Shown here piece by piece: positions 32,930 through 45,474 of a DNA stretch of 64,000 nucleotides (positions are counted from its first letter, which is position 1; every line of letters begins with the position of its first letter). Location: positions 64,294,001 to 64,358,000 of the forward strand of contig OX597818.1 of assembly GCA_951406725.2 (NCBI GenBank), given 5' to 3'. Below the pieces are notes generated by a model, which had not been told where the DNA came from, ran no database searches, and worked only from the letters and a program-made list of their open reading frames with translations. The position numbers and the translations under genes are program-made. This stretch comes from Octopus vulgaris. Lineage: Eukaryota.

Positions 32930-33765
32930 TGATTGGCTCTCTCGTTGAGAACGACAAATGGAGGACCTGTAAAATATGGTGTTAATACTCTTCTACAGAT
33001 ACGAATGTGTCACTTGAGTTCTGCTGGTGCCTTGCAAGACTTATGGCAAAGGAAATAATAGAACTTATTCCTCTCGAGCCTCTCTGGTTCACTTACTATA
33101 TATTTTCTTGAGTAAACGGTAAGACCTGCTTTGCTTCGTGCCGCAAAGCTTTAGGTTGAGAGGAGCAGCGTTTTGCCAGCGTGACTCCATGCTTGTATGA
33201 ATTGTTCTAGATGTTGGATACGATTTGGCACAAATTTTGGAACTCATGGGAAGCAAAACTGTCAGCAGGTGTTTCGTTCTGATGTTTTGTTTTCCCAGGA
33301 ATTGAAAATGGAAAGTTGTATCGCTTCAGATTGCCTTTATTTTTATCTCTGAATTGCCAGAGTGGCCTCCTAAATGACCTTCCAGTCGGAAAATGGTTAA
33401 AGGGGAGTTGCTTCGCAATTCTGACACCACTTATAAGAGTAAGATGACCTGATAATCTAAGCTGTAATTAGGTGCGGATGTCTTCAGGACGTTGCATTTT
33501 ATTAGCACATCGCTGTTTCGAATATGGTCACACCATTTTCTGTTGAAGATAGTACGCAAGCATCGCATATGGAGATGATGAAACTGGTTGATGTGCTTTC
33601 GGTACAGGGTCGCAAATTCTGCCCGATATAGCAACCATGTCAAAACAACCGACTTATATACATCAACTTTGAAATTCATCAATACGTCGTGGACGCGCCA
33701 AAGCGTTTCTTAAATCTTACCGAAAGTAAAACTACACTGCTCGATTCTGAACTCAGTTTATATAT
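32930..33765 (-). mobile_element. RTE-clade LINE 3' fragment (degenerate)
   Basis: KVDVYKSVVLTWLLYRAEFATLYRKHINQFHHLHMRCLRTIFNRKWCDHIRNSDVL matches the RTE post-RT motif KVY.AVVL..LLYG.E.W.......L..FH.RCLR.I..I.W.D.I.N..VL. Confidence 0.75.
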
Positions 33766-33893
33766 TCTGATATAAATGTGTATCAGCTAGAGGGATACAA
33801 ACAATATCAAACACAGATACCTAGGTTTGTATTTTGCTTGTTCGTAGGGAGGATTCGCTTCCAGAAATAAAAGAATATATTCACAGCCATAAA

Positions 33894-34266
33894 TCTCTCT
33901 ATATATAAACGGCAGTTTGTCTGTGTGTGTTTCTGTGTGTCTGTTAGGTTGTACCCTCACCCTGACCACGGCTTTCAACCGATTCTGATGAAACTTGACA
34001 CACACATAGCCCAATGTCATAATTCAAAACTAACGCAGCGAAAATTTTGAAAAGTTTCCCCAGTTCTGAAAAAATCGATAAATTCGACATGGGGTCGAGA
34101 ATCAGAAACACAAACCACAGACTGTCTAGGGGACGCAACTCGACCTTTTTTAACTCTCAAAAAAATTTACCATCATTTTTTTTCCCATTTTTAGGCTATA
34201 ACTCTCTAAAAATGCTTTATAGTTATTTCCCTTACAAACCCGAGCAACGCCGGGCGATACTGCTAG
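33894..34266 (+). mobile_element. Non-autonomous Helitron
   Basis: A|TC start, 3' hairpin cccgagcaacgccggg, CTAG|T end, no TSD. Confidence 0.8.
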
Positions 34267-34300
34267 TCTTGTGCTAAAACACCCAAAAATAAGGCTGCAT

Positions 34301-34509
34301 AATCGATAAATTCGACATGGGGTCGAGAATCAGAAACACAAACCACAGACTGTCTAGGGGACGCAACTCGACCTTTTTAACTAAAAAAAAATTTACCATC
34401 ATTTTTTTCCCCATTTTTAGGCTATAACTCTCTAAAAATGCTTTATAGTTATTACCCTTACAAACCCGAGCAACGCCGGGCGATACTGCTAGTCTTGTGC
34501 TAAAACACC
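34301..34509 (+). repeat. Tandem duplication of 34073-34283 (Helitron 3' half plus 17 bp of flank)
   Basis: Near-identical sequence including tcttgtgctaaaacacc beyond the CTAG end. Confidence 0.9.
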
Positions 34510-34659
34510 TGGAATCATAGGTAAGCTAGATAACTTACAACAGCGATAAACATGGATGTGTCGTCATTTGTGTGCCTTGCCAATACCGCGTAACAAAAAT
34601 AAGGCTGCATGCAAGCTAAATCTCATCACACACACACTCAAACACACACACACACACAC

Positions 34660-34880
34660 ATCTATACATCATGGTGGGCTGTTATTTCATCCGGTATTGT
34701 GAAGAGGTGGAAGTCTACTTCATTTCTGAAGACATCTACTAAATACCTTACGCAGATTTCTGAATTTTTGTGGCAAGGCTTTGAAAATCTGTCGGCCTTT
34801 GAACCCTACAATATTGCAGTGCCTGGTCCTGAATTCAGTTAGAGTGGATGGTACCTTTGGTACAATAAAATGGTGAACAG
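34660..34880 (-). mobile_element. CR1-like LINE 3' fragment, homologous to 44100-44290
   Basis: caggaccaggcactgcaa...ggttcaaaggcc is shared; translation FKGRQIFKALPQKFRNL..FRNEVDFHLFTIPDE. Confidence 0.6.
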
Positions 34881-34906
34881 TTCATGCAATTGTATAACGT
34901 ACAATG

Positions 34907-34979
<73 letters not shown>

Positions 34980-35048
34980 ATATATATATACATATATGCA
35001 TATATATATATATACATATTTATATTATATATATATATATATTATATA

Positions 35049-35153
<105 letters not shown>

Positions 35154-35184
35154 TATATTTCAATTATATTTATATATGTGTGTA

Positions 35185-35385
35185 TGTCACTTTGGCATTA
35201 TGGAGTTGAAGGGATTGTAATATCTGTGGCTTCTGGGGAAGTGTTTCTTAATTAATGCCAGGAAGCTCCCAGCTACGTTATGGACAACCCGAAGTCCTTA
35301 AATATTCTTATCAAGTGCTTCCTGACCTTGTCCATAGCGTGGCCGTTGATATGGTTTGAGATAGCCAGGCCGTCGTCCCTATATA
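35185..35385 (-). pseudogene. Penelope-like (Naiad-type) RT fragment with apparent internal deletion
   Basis: VYRDDGLAISNHINGHAMDKVRKHLIRIFKDFGLSIT directly followed, in another frame, by [25 protein letters not shown]. Confidence 0.7.
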
Positions 35386-35686
35386 CAGTAGGTCGATATA
35401 GGTGGATACATCTCATACGCCAGTTACTAACCCTCAACGCTACCAAACACCAACGCTTACCAGTCCCCCACGCTTACCAACACCCAGCGCTTATTATGTG
35501 CATGTATATTGATCTATACGCGCGTGAGGTTGGAAAATATACACCATTAAATGAGATTATATTTTATAGTATACATATAAGCATACCTAGATATACACTC
35601 ACACAAATACATTATTTTTTACGGTTATTATCTTTATATTATATCGCACACACACACACACACTTGCACACTAACACACACATATA

Positions 35687-36082
35687 TATTTATATATAAA
35701 AATGAGGTTGTGTGCTGTCTGTCTCCTACGATTTAGATTCCTAACTACTCCCACATTTTGCGGTGCAGTTTAACCAAAACCGGGTACCTTATAGTCGTGA
35801 TTCATATCGAGCCCTTCTGGGTATTAGCGCGCGTCTACGATGAGTCTACGATTTAAAAAAAATTACCATCAATTTTTCCCTTTTTTAATGCATTTTTGAC
35901 ATATATAAGGGAAGTAACTCGCTAAAAATTTATTACAAAATCTCAGAAAGTAAAAAGCTACAGTATCACCCCACCCCTTTGTGGTTAGCCATATTGAGAT
36001 GGCTATTATACTTTACATCTCTAAAAATGCTTATATAGTTATTTCCCTTACAAACCCGAGCAACGCCGGACGATACTGCTAG
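35687..36082 (+). mobile_element. Non-autonomous Helitron (second subfamily)
   Basis: 3' end cccgagcaacgccggacgatactgCTAG|T shared with 33894; body matches the inverted copy at 62622. Confidence 0.8.
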
Positions 36083-36888
36083 TATTAACTAAAATTAAAT
36101 TATTTTGATCCGTATTTACAAAATTTTGCTGCAGTCCAACTACGCTTTGCTTCAACATCGTCTAAGAGTGCAACGGGGGTATTTACGCCGTTTCAATTGT
36201 AACATAACAGAGAGATGAAACGAAAGATTAAATAAGAACTGATATGATTCACTACATAAATACATTACTTTCAACATCTGTGTAATATATCAAGTTGCAA
36301 CTAACAACTTATTGCTTTCGTGAACTCGCGTTAATATGTTGTACAATTATTTGCATTAAATTTTTAAGTGTATCACTCCTTATCATATACGTTGTTAAGT
36401 ATCACCACGTTTTTTACTATACCTTTGATTGATATCTTATACATCTGGTCAAGTATCTCATGTTTCTGATATCAAGTTATCGAAATATAAGTATTGTATA
36501 TCGGGAATAAAATATTCCATGGTGTCATCCGTACTTTGAATTAAATAAAATGAAATGCAAGAAAAGAAAATATTCTTCAGTGAACGAATTTAATTTTGAG
36601 GAAGATTCTTAGTGTTTAAGCGTTTATCGCCAATTAATATATTTCCTCTCTAAGTGTATTCGTACTTTAGACTTCTCATATTTTTGTTACGTATTCTACA
36701 ATTCTCTTCGTTGCGCCATAAATTTCAGAAGTCTTCATTTTATGATTTCCTTTTCGTGTATATATACAATGTATATATTTATGAGTGTACACACACATGT
36801 ACATAATACACATTCATTCATCTACATTATTAGTATCTGATATATATATATATAGATATAGATATATACATACATACATACATACATA

Positions 36889-36943
<55 letters not shown>

Positions 36944-36953
36944 CATATATATG

Positions 36954-36995
<42 letters not shown>

Positions 36996-37684
36996 CACAC
37001 ACACATATATACATGCACACATGTGTGTATGCTTGTGTTTGTGCATTTCTGGTTTTTGAATGTGTCTTTGTGCTATCAAAATATGAATTTATTTCTTCAG
37101 TTCTATGGCAGTCCTTTCTCTTATATACAGTAGTATTTCCACTTTATCTCACCAAGCATATTCTAAAATGCGTATATTTTATTATTAGCAGAATAAAGAA
37201 ACCATTTCAATATCACATAATAACCTAAAGGATTATATATATTTGATTAAGATCTTCCTTCTATATATGTTATTGCAAACTCTTTTATCGTACCGTTTCT
37301 TCGTACGATACATTTTTATTTTTGGTTCGCTCTTCATATTTTGGTTCGCTATTCATATTTTATCTACACTTCCATTAAAAATATTTTTCTCTCATTTTAT
37401 GTTTCTCTGAATTTTACAGTAATACAATTACGATAATGATGATATATTTGTATTGTTGGCATAGCATTCACTTATCTCCTTATATATATATATTTCACTG
37501 GAGTAAATAGCAATGTTGTTCTGTTCTCAGGATCCAGAGTGTAGCTCCAGGTACAGACCAAACAAACAACGCATTATATACATCGTATGAATATTATAAA
37601 ACAGGCAACTCTACATTTATAAATACTATTCTCGGGCAATATTTTACATTCTAATAAAAAAAATAGTCATAAATTATACTTATA

Positions 37685-37763
37685 GGCGCAGGAGTGGCTG
37701 TGTGGTAAGTAGCTTGTTTACCAACCACATGGTCCCGGGTTCAGAAATTAATACAAACTCGTC

Positions 37764-37829
<66 letters not shown>

Positions 37830-38094
37830 GTGTGTGTGTGTGTGTGTGTGTGCGTGCGTGTGTGCGTGTGTGTCTGTGTGTGTATTTGTGTGGCTTCTGT
37901 GTCTGCCACCCCGTCATCAATTGACAACTGAATTTGGTGTGCTTGCGCCACTATAACTTGGCGGTTCGACAAAAAGGACGGATAGAATAAGTGGTAGGCT
38001 TACAGAGAATAAGTCCTGGGGTCGATTTGTTCGACTAAATGTGGTGCTTAATCATGGCCACGGTCAGATGAATGAAAGAAATAAAAGAATAAAT
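37685..38094 (+). mobile_element. SINE family A (internally deleted)
   Basis: Head ggcgcaggagtggctgtgtggtaagtagc is identical to 1123; 3' body is homologous. Confidence 0.8.
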
Positions 38095-38095
38095 C

Positions 38096-38146
<51 letters not shown>

Positions 38147-38383
38147 ACGCATACACCTAAACTACGAGTGTATCTTTGACATTGGAAGGCTGGTTGATAC
38201 GCTGCGAGCAGGTACATATCACTAAGGAATTACAATGCGTTGAAACTACGCGATATGCAAGTTCTAGCACGGATAATTTGGCTCATATATGGATACTCAT
38301 GCGCTCTTAGTGACGTTCATAATATGCTTCCTCATTATGTTTGATGTAAAAATTGGCATTCGATAACAGCACTGCCCTTGTTA

Positions 38384-38432
<49 letters not shown>

Positions 38433-38465
38433 TGATCAAAATAAAAACATGATGCCAAGGATTCA

Positions 38466-38543
38466 GCGGTACATATGTTTCGGGCCTTTATTAGACAGAT
38501 TTATAACAATGCATAATGTATGTCTGTGGCCTTCTTCAGCCGC
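38466..38543 (-). ncRNA. Minimal hammerhead ribozyme (left arm), core intact
   Basis: Reverse complement of the motif at 38885-38962. Confidence 0.7.
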
Positions 38544-38884
38544 GCACAACAACTTCCACAAGGACATGTGTTACATCAAAATTCTTGGTTGGGGATGCAA
38601 ATTCATTCGCGTACGACATAATGCGGCAACAGCATAGAATTGAAGCGTCCATCTCTTTCTTTCTCAATGTAGAATGAGGAAATTTGGATGTTGAAGTAAT
38701 GTAAGTAAATTAATAAATAAATACATAAATAAATACAAATTTCCTCATTCTACATTGAGAGAAGAAAGAGATGGACGCTTCAATTCTATGCTGTTGCCGC
38801 ATTATGTCGTACGCGAATGAGAGGATTTGCATCCCCAACCAAGAATTTTTGATGTAACACATGTCCTTGTGGAAGCTGTTGTGC

Positions 38885-38962
38885 GCGGCTGAAGAAGGCC
38901 ACAGACATACATTATGCATTGTTATAAATCTGTCTAATAAAGGCCCGAAACATATGTACCGC
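38885..38962 (+). ncRNA. Minimal hammerhead ribozyme (right arm), core intact
   Basis: GCGG-CUGAAGA-A-GGCC-(ACAGA...UCUGU extension)-GGCC-C-GAAA-CAUAUG-UA-CCGC; stem I GCGG/CCGC; predicted cut after GUA (38958). Confidence 0.72.
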
Positions 38963-39064
38963 TGAATCCTTGGCATCATGTTTTTATTTTGATCAATTTA
39001 CTCCACCACCTACACCACCAAACGGTATACACAAGTGCTTATAATTATCAAGTACTCACCCCGA

Positions 39065-39130
<66 letters not shown>

Positions 39131-39285
39131 CAAAGGCGACAAAGACTGGCGAAGGAACAACAAGCACGTGTATTATTTTAGCGTTGGGAAAGAATGGAAA
39201 AAAAATTGACATTTTTTACCGGAAAGAATGACATACCAAGAAAGGAGAAAAGTTGCAGAAAACGGCGTGAGAAGAAAATGTGTAG

Positions 39286-39341
<56 letters not shown>

Positions 39342-39399
39342 TGTACGTAGTCCGTTTCTGAGAGCTATTGTATTAGACCTCTCTCTAATCATTAAAACA

Positions 39400-40019
39400 C
39401 TGTTTTAATGACCCAGTTATCAGTGCGGCAGCATGCATTTGCTGACGTTGGGAAAGTCGCATCTCCCCTCTCTCTTGAGACTCCATCTGACGAGTTGCAG
39501 GATTACTTTGCAGATCTTCATAAAGTCTCATCTCGCTTCTGTTTTGAAACTCCATTTGCCGTACTACAATATGACTTTTTTGATATTGGGAAAGTCTCAT
39601 CTCGCTCCTGTATTGAGACTCGGTTTGACGTGCTGCATCTCTTTCTTCTCTCTTGAGACTTCGTGTGACATGCTGTACCATGCGTTTGCTGATCTACAGA
39701 AAGTCTCACTTTCCTTCTGTATTGAGACTCTCGGCTTCGGTTTTCTTCAATCCACCTCGCTTTATACTTGTTTCTTCAGAGATTACCTTTTCCTTTAGTG
39801 GTATATATTTTTTTAAAATTCTAAACAAAAAATTATGGACATTGAAAAAAATTATACAGTAATCTCTATTTTTGTAAGCAGTTGTATGTAGTATGTCTAT
39901 TTTTTATGCACTATATGCAGTATAAATTAACCAAATATAGGCAAATTAACCAAATAGATGTACATTTATGAACTTCTAATTCAACGGTAAATGCCACAAT
40001 AATTATTGTACATAAATTT

Positions 40020-40103
<84 letters not shown>

Positions 40104-40755
40104 TATATATATATATATATATTAAGCACATGGATTAAATGTTTATTCAAGGGTAAATATGTGATTGTTAATAACTTGCAATCTTGCAAATGCTGCGATA
40201 ATTAGCAACTCGGAATTGAACGGTAAATGTTTATTTGTATATACTTGGAATCTGCCGTTGCAAAGTATTTTGTCAAGAGTTTCACCTCCGACCGTTATTT
40301 ATGTCACTGAGACATTGCACTGATACACCATACCGCTGTGGTGGCCGTAAAAACGGAATGTTTCGGATGCAGAATGTTGTTCACATTAGGATGTATATTA
40401 CTCATTTATTTCAAATCTGTTATAAATAAGGTGATCTTAGTGTTATCACTTTAGACGTAAAGGTGAAAGAATGAAAGTGAAACAATATTATAGCCTCATC
40501 ACATTAGAATTAGAAGTGAAACTATTATAACACATTACAATGTGGATGTTATTCTTCCACTTTTGACACGTAATAACGAACCAGTTCCAATGTTATCCCG
40601 TCTTAAACGAAATGAAAAATAAAATAACATGCTAACACTCACGGATTCTGATACAATTACCTTGTTAAATTTGATTTGATTTGGTCGATCCATTTGAGAG
40701 TGCATAGGGAATAGACAGACAAACAGAGAGACAACGAATTTTATATATATACATA
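39400..40755 (-). mobile_element. Probable 5' portion of a degenerate Helitron, with an N-terminal 23-aa (69-bp) repeat coding remnant at 39400-39805
   Basis: The 5' end tatatataaaattcgttgtctctctgtttgtctgtc resembles the other Helitron heads here. Translation KGKGNL*RNKYKARWIEENRSRESQYRRKVRL then ESQYRSEMRL/EFQNRSEMRL/ESQERGEMRL repeats resembles RepHel N-termini. Confidence 0.5.
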
Positions 40756-41485
40756 ATGAAAAATACTACACGGATGGAGATTCAATATTTTTATTAATGC
40801 ATTGTATATTAATACATATATATCGAGATTACAATTACTTTTATGGGACTACCTCAACATATCTAGAGGAGATACTATTATTATTATTATTATTAATAAC
40901 ATCAATGGATCCTACGGGAGCTCATTTATTCGATGTGGGTACATCATCAGACACATTTTGCAATAGTTAACTTTAGATATTCTTATGGTTTGGACTTCAG
41001 GTTATTAATCGTTCTACGCCAATCTAACAGCTCTGTTGGATTAATGGCCGCTACTTGTAAATTCGTGCAAACTACGTAGAAGCAGAGAAGTTTGAAAGTG
41101 ATTGTTTTGTTTGTTGTTTATTTAGCGATCCCTGTGGATATAAAATGTGGGAAAGAGAACGAAAACAAAAACGAAAAGAAAAGAGAGGATCTAAGATTGT
41201 GAGTTGTATTCGGTCTATTGTACGCAGGCAGTACGACATGATGAGTAGAAAATAAAAGGACTGGGGAACGCGGGAACGACTGGGGATATAAGGGGAAGAG
41301 AGAAAGAGAAAGAAAAGATGTGGTGTATTAAAGATGTAATATTATTTAATTGACATCGGAATAGAACTCCTCCCACCGCCACAACCCACCGATCTCTTAT
41401 GACAATGTTATAAATACACAAATGTCATATATCAAATGATGAGTTATAATATGTTTTTATCATTATTATTATTATTATTATTATC

Positions 41486-42278
41486 ATTCTGTAGTTTTAT
41501 TTTTATAACGTGCTTTCACTTCACTACCGAGCGCAGCTCTGTGTGCCTTGGGTATGTGCTGTGATTTGTTGTGATGCTCTGATGGTTATTGTATGGAAAG
41601 TGTTCTGCGTAGGATGTGTGTAGTGCCTAGTAGTGCAATTTTCTGTATATTATATGTGTTTGTAAGTCCTGGTGTTTTTGTTATGTATTTGTCTGAATAT
41701 TTTTTTATCATGCCTAATGCACCTACTATGATAGGAATTGTTTCTGTTTTTAGATTCCACATTCTGGTTACCTCTATTTCCAGGTCTTTGTATTTAGAAA
41801 GTTTCTCCATTTCTTTTAGAGACAGGTTGTCATCTGCTGGTATTGATACATCAATTAGAAAGCATTTTTTTCCTTCATGATCTCTGACAAATATATCTGG
41901 TCTGTTGGCCTTAATTTCTCTATCTGGCATATCCCAGAGTATGGTTGCTTTCTCGTTTTCTGTGACCTTTTCTGGTGTGTGCCTATACCATCTTTTTTTC
42001 TGTTGTTATTCCATAAAGTTGGCATAGTTTCCAGTGTATATAGGTCCCAACTGTGTCGTGTCTGTGAATATACTCCTTAGCTAGGACTGGGCAGCCAGAG
42101 ATAATATGATTTATTGTTTCTTGTCCATCTCCACATATTCTGCAGTTACTTGTTATATTTCTTTTCATTACATGTTTTTGGTAATTTCTGGTGGGGAGGC
42201 TTTGGTCTTGTGCTGCAATTAAAAATCCCTCTGTCTCTACTTTGAGTCCTGAGCTTCTCAACCATTGCTGGGATTTTT

Positions 42279-42279
<1 letters not shown>
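41486..42279 (-). mobile_element. Second, heavily 5'-truncated R4/Dong LINE copy (CCHC finger, endonuclease, 3' UTR)
   Basis: Highly similar to the reverse complement of 8762-9565; 3' (TAA)n tail at 41462-41485; trinucleotide array at the 5' junction. Confidence 0.93.
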
Positions 42280-42492
<213 letters not shown>

Positions 42493-42634
42493 ATTTTTGT
42501 GCAATAAATTGGCGTCATCCAAATTATTTTATTCGTTGGTTTTCGTGTTAGTAGGTATTCGAATTTCGCTCACGATGTGTTGCACACCCACTTTTCTTAA
42601 TGTAGTTACGTCCAAGTACTCATAGCACTATTAA

Positions 42635-42815
42635 ATCCTTTCTACTATAGGCACAAAGCCTGAAATTTGGTGGGAGAAGTCAGTCGACCCCAGTACGCAA
42701 CTGCTACTTAATTTATCAACTCCGAAAGGATGAAGGGCAAAGTCGACCTTGACGGAATTTGAACTCAGAACCTAAAGAGAGACGAAATGCCGCTTAGTAT
42801 TTCACTTGGCCCCGG
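42635..42815 (-). mobile_element. SINE family C fragment
   Basis: cgaccccagtacgcaactg..ttaatttatc..cgaaaggatgaagggcaaagtcgacc..ggaatttgaactcagaac. Confidence 0.75.
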
Positions 42816-43330
42816 TTGGGTTACTTATGCATTGTTTGAAGAACGTTTCCATATGATGTTCGAATATAACTGATAAAATCTTAAAATACGCATTTCTTTT
42901 TACCCTAACATATAATTAATTCAGCTATATTAAGCATAGACATAAGTATATTATAAGACTTAACTAAACTTCTTATGTTAAGCAGTGCGAAATATAAAAG
43001 AGCATTTACTATAGCCGAGATACTAATAACTTAAAAGCTCATTGTATTATTTAAATAACGAAGGGAGTTTATATCATGCGGTACAGTCTCTTATTTTCAT
43101 CTAGTGCATTTAATGGCAATAGTCACTGCATAAACGTATGAGTGTATGAATGTATATATATATATATATATATGATATATATGTAGATATATATATGTAA
43201 AACTATCTCTCTCTCCCTCTCTCTCTCTCTTCCTCTCTCTCTTTTCCCCTCTCTCTCTCTCTATATATATATATATATTTAGTATTATTTTGTGTGGGTG
43301 TGTATGTGCTGGTGGGTGTTTATGTATATA

Positions 43331-43548
43331 CGAGGTGCGTTCTGAAAATCTCCTGGCTTTGGGTAAAAGAATATTCTTGAGGGTCAGTTAATTATGATAT
43401 TTTATTCAACATATTCCCCACTCAGATTAGATATACTCAGAGTTGCGGTCGTTGGGGTTCTCTAAGTTCTGTAAAATATCTCGTAAGTTGCTGTCCCTGA
43501 CCAGGCTTAAATTTCGTTAAAGCCAGGAACCCTACAGCACTCCCTCCT
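43331..43548. mobile_element. Mariner-type MITE, diverged relative of 12561
   Basis: TA|cgaggtgcgttctgaaaatctcctgg ... ccaggaacc..cagcactccctc; internal ttaattatga segment is homologous in inverse orientation. Confidence 0.6.
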
Positions 43549-43764
43549 GGCGTGTGAATATAACAAATAAAAAAGTATCCTCTCCCACATATTGCAGGTC
43601 TTGTGCCAAAGTTTGGCAATCATCGCTTCTTTCTCCCCTTCCTCCTCCCCCTACTCCTCCTCCCCCTACTCCTCCTCCTCGTCATCATCACGTTTATGAA
43701 GTAGTGTATTGGTCTCACGATTGCTTAATCGTGATTTCAATTACTAGAGTGGTACGTTGTGTGG

Positions 43765-44420
43765 CCGGATAGGTCTTTCGAACTTTCAATACGTGTGAAA
43801 CGGAAACCATGATGGTCCTCTGGAGGACTTCAGTCCTCAGCTGCCTGGATTACTGCCCCGAACTGTTGTCACGAAATACTGTAATATTAAGAACATTCCA
43901 CGAGGCTATACAGCGAAGCTACACGAAGAATATAGACACAGTGTGTCATATCAGCTACTGGGAGAGACTGAAAGAGTTAAGACTCTACTTTCTGGGACGA
44001 GGGTGGGAATGGTAAGTAGTAATATACATCTGGAAAAGCCTAAAAAAAAACTTCTACCAAACTGTGACATTGTCAGTTAAACAAAAACAGCTGGGTGGGT
44101 AGACATTGCGTAGTACTAAAATTTCAAACACTACAATCAGGATACAGGACCAGGTACTGCAAGAGCTTGGGATTCAAGGGCCCACCGCTTTTCACTATCC
44201 TCCCGCAAAGCCTGGGAGATCTGCATGGCGTGGATATAGGCGTTTTTTAAACAGAATTGGATCTCCCGATTAACATACCCCCAAGGCAAGAAATACAGAC
44301 AAGGGCAGCAACGTCAATCTCCCTCATCACAAAATATCACTTATCGGAGAAGGTTTAGTGGAAATCTGGTAAACCAAACGGCGGTGCCCCAGTCAGGACG
44401 CAGTCTTTGGGCTGAAGATA
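43765..44420 (+). mobile_element. CR1-like LINE 3' fragment (degenerate)
   Basis: LWRTSVLSCLDYC...EAIQRSYTKNI...ISYWERLKELRLY matches the CR1-clade post-RT motif (LDYC..E.VQR.FTK.I..LSY.ERL..L.L). Confidence 0.75.
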
Positions 44421-45474
44421 GAAAAAAAAAAAAATATCTGTATTTCTTGACATAATTTGCTAAACAGTTTCGCCGGCCAAAAAACACAGATGAAACTTTA
44501 ATAAATAATGCACTTACAGCAGCGTTTACTTATTTATCTTGATTTTCCAATAGATAAATTTTTCCTAAACTTATCTCCATTTTATCTGCTGTTACATGTT
44601 ATGGTTATAAAAAGAATATTCTTCTATCTGTCTTACATTTTAATTAGGGGAACTTAAATGTTTTGGAAATTTTACATATATAGTTGCCAGCATAAGCACA
44701 TACACGCATACAGCTTCACATGGATGATACATTTTCATGTTTCCCATAATGCCGTATCACGTTATAACAAATGTTGCATACGATACAAATTTGTCTTCGT
44801 TTTCTTCTTTTATTTCCCATGTGTGTCCTTGTAAATATAACGTTTCAAATATTTAGTGATAAAATTACTTTTATCTATTATATTCCGAGTAGCATTTAAC
44901 ATTTTTTCCAATCTTCGCTGAACATTGTTGGTTTCAGAAGTTACTTGTTGTTTTATATCATTTCGTACCATCTTTGTATAACCTAATGTTTCTTTCCCAC
45001 ATATATATTAACATTCGTGTTATCAATAATTATTCCTCAATACCAATTTCTTATCGTTTTCTTCCTAGATTTCCCTAGGTTGTTTTAACCAATACATTGT
45101 TTGAGATATTGCGTGTTATAATTATGTTTAAATATATCTCTCAATGACTTTACCTTTTTACTCTTTCAGCAACAACTTTACCAACACAATCATTCCAGGT
45201 TTAGATGTATAGCTTTCGTTTCTCACCATTTTCTGTTTTATTTCTGCACAATGAATGGACCGGGAGTGACAGTTTAAATTTTAGAATACCAAAAGACAAT
45301 AAGGCCGACTATCAATTTCGGGTGTCCAACAAAACGTAGAAATGCAGATAAAACAAATGGGTAGCTATATATCATTGCATAATATTTATTGATGGAGAAT
45401 CGAATCATATTTTTCATAGGGACAGAGGACAGAGGTAAACGAACACACGATTGAAATATGAGTTCAAATACCTT

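Larger units (their letters stand above)
38428..39000. mobile_element. Young fold-back element: about 260-bp near-perfect inverted arms (38428-38686 and 38736-39000) with an about 50-bp AT-rich spacer; one HHR motif per arm
   Basis: The arms are reverse complements with only a few differences, which explains the twin ORFs MMPRIQRY on opposite strands. Confidence 0.9.

Noticed and set aside
33985-33995. CTGATGAAAC as a hammerhead core
   Set aside because: No stem II between CUGAUGA and GAAA; it is part of the Helitron body (ccgattctgatgaaactt).
38449-38979. Twin ORFs MMPRIQRYICFG on opposite strands
   Set aside because: A by-product of the inverted repeat; antisense to the HHR and with no recognisable protein.
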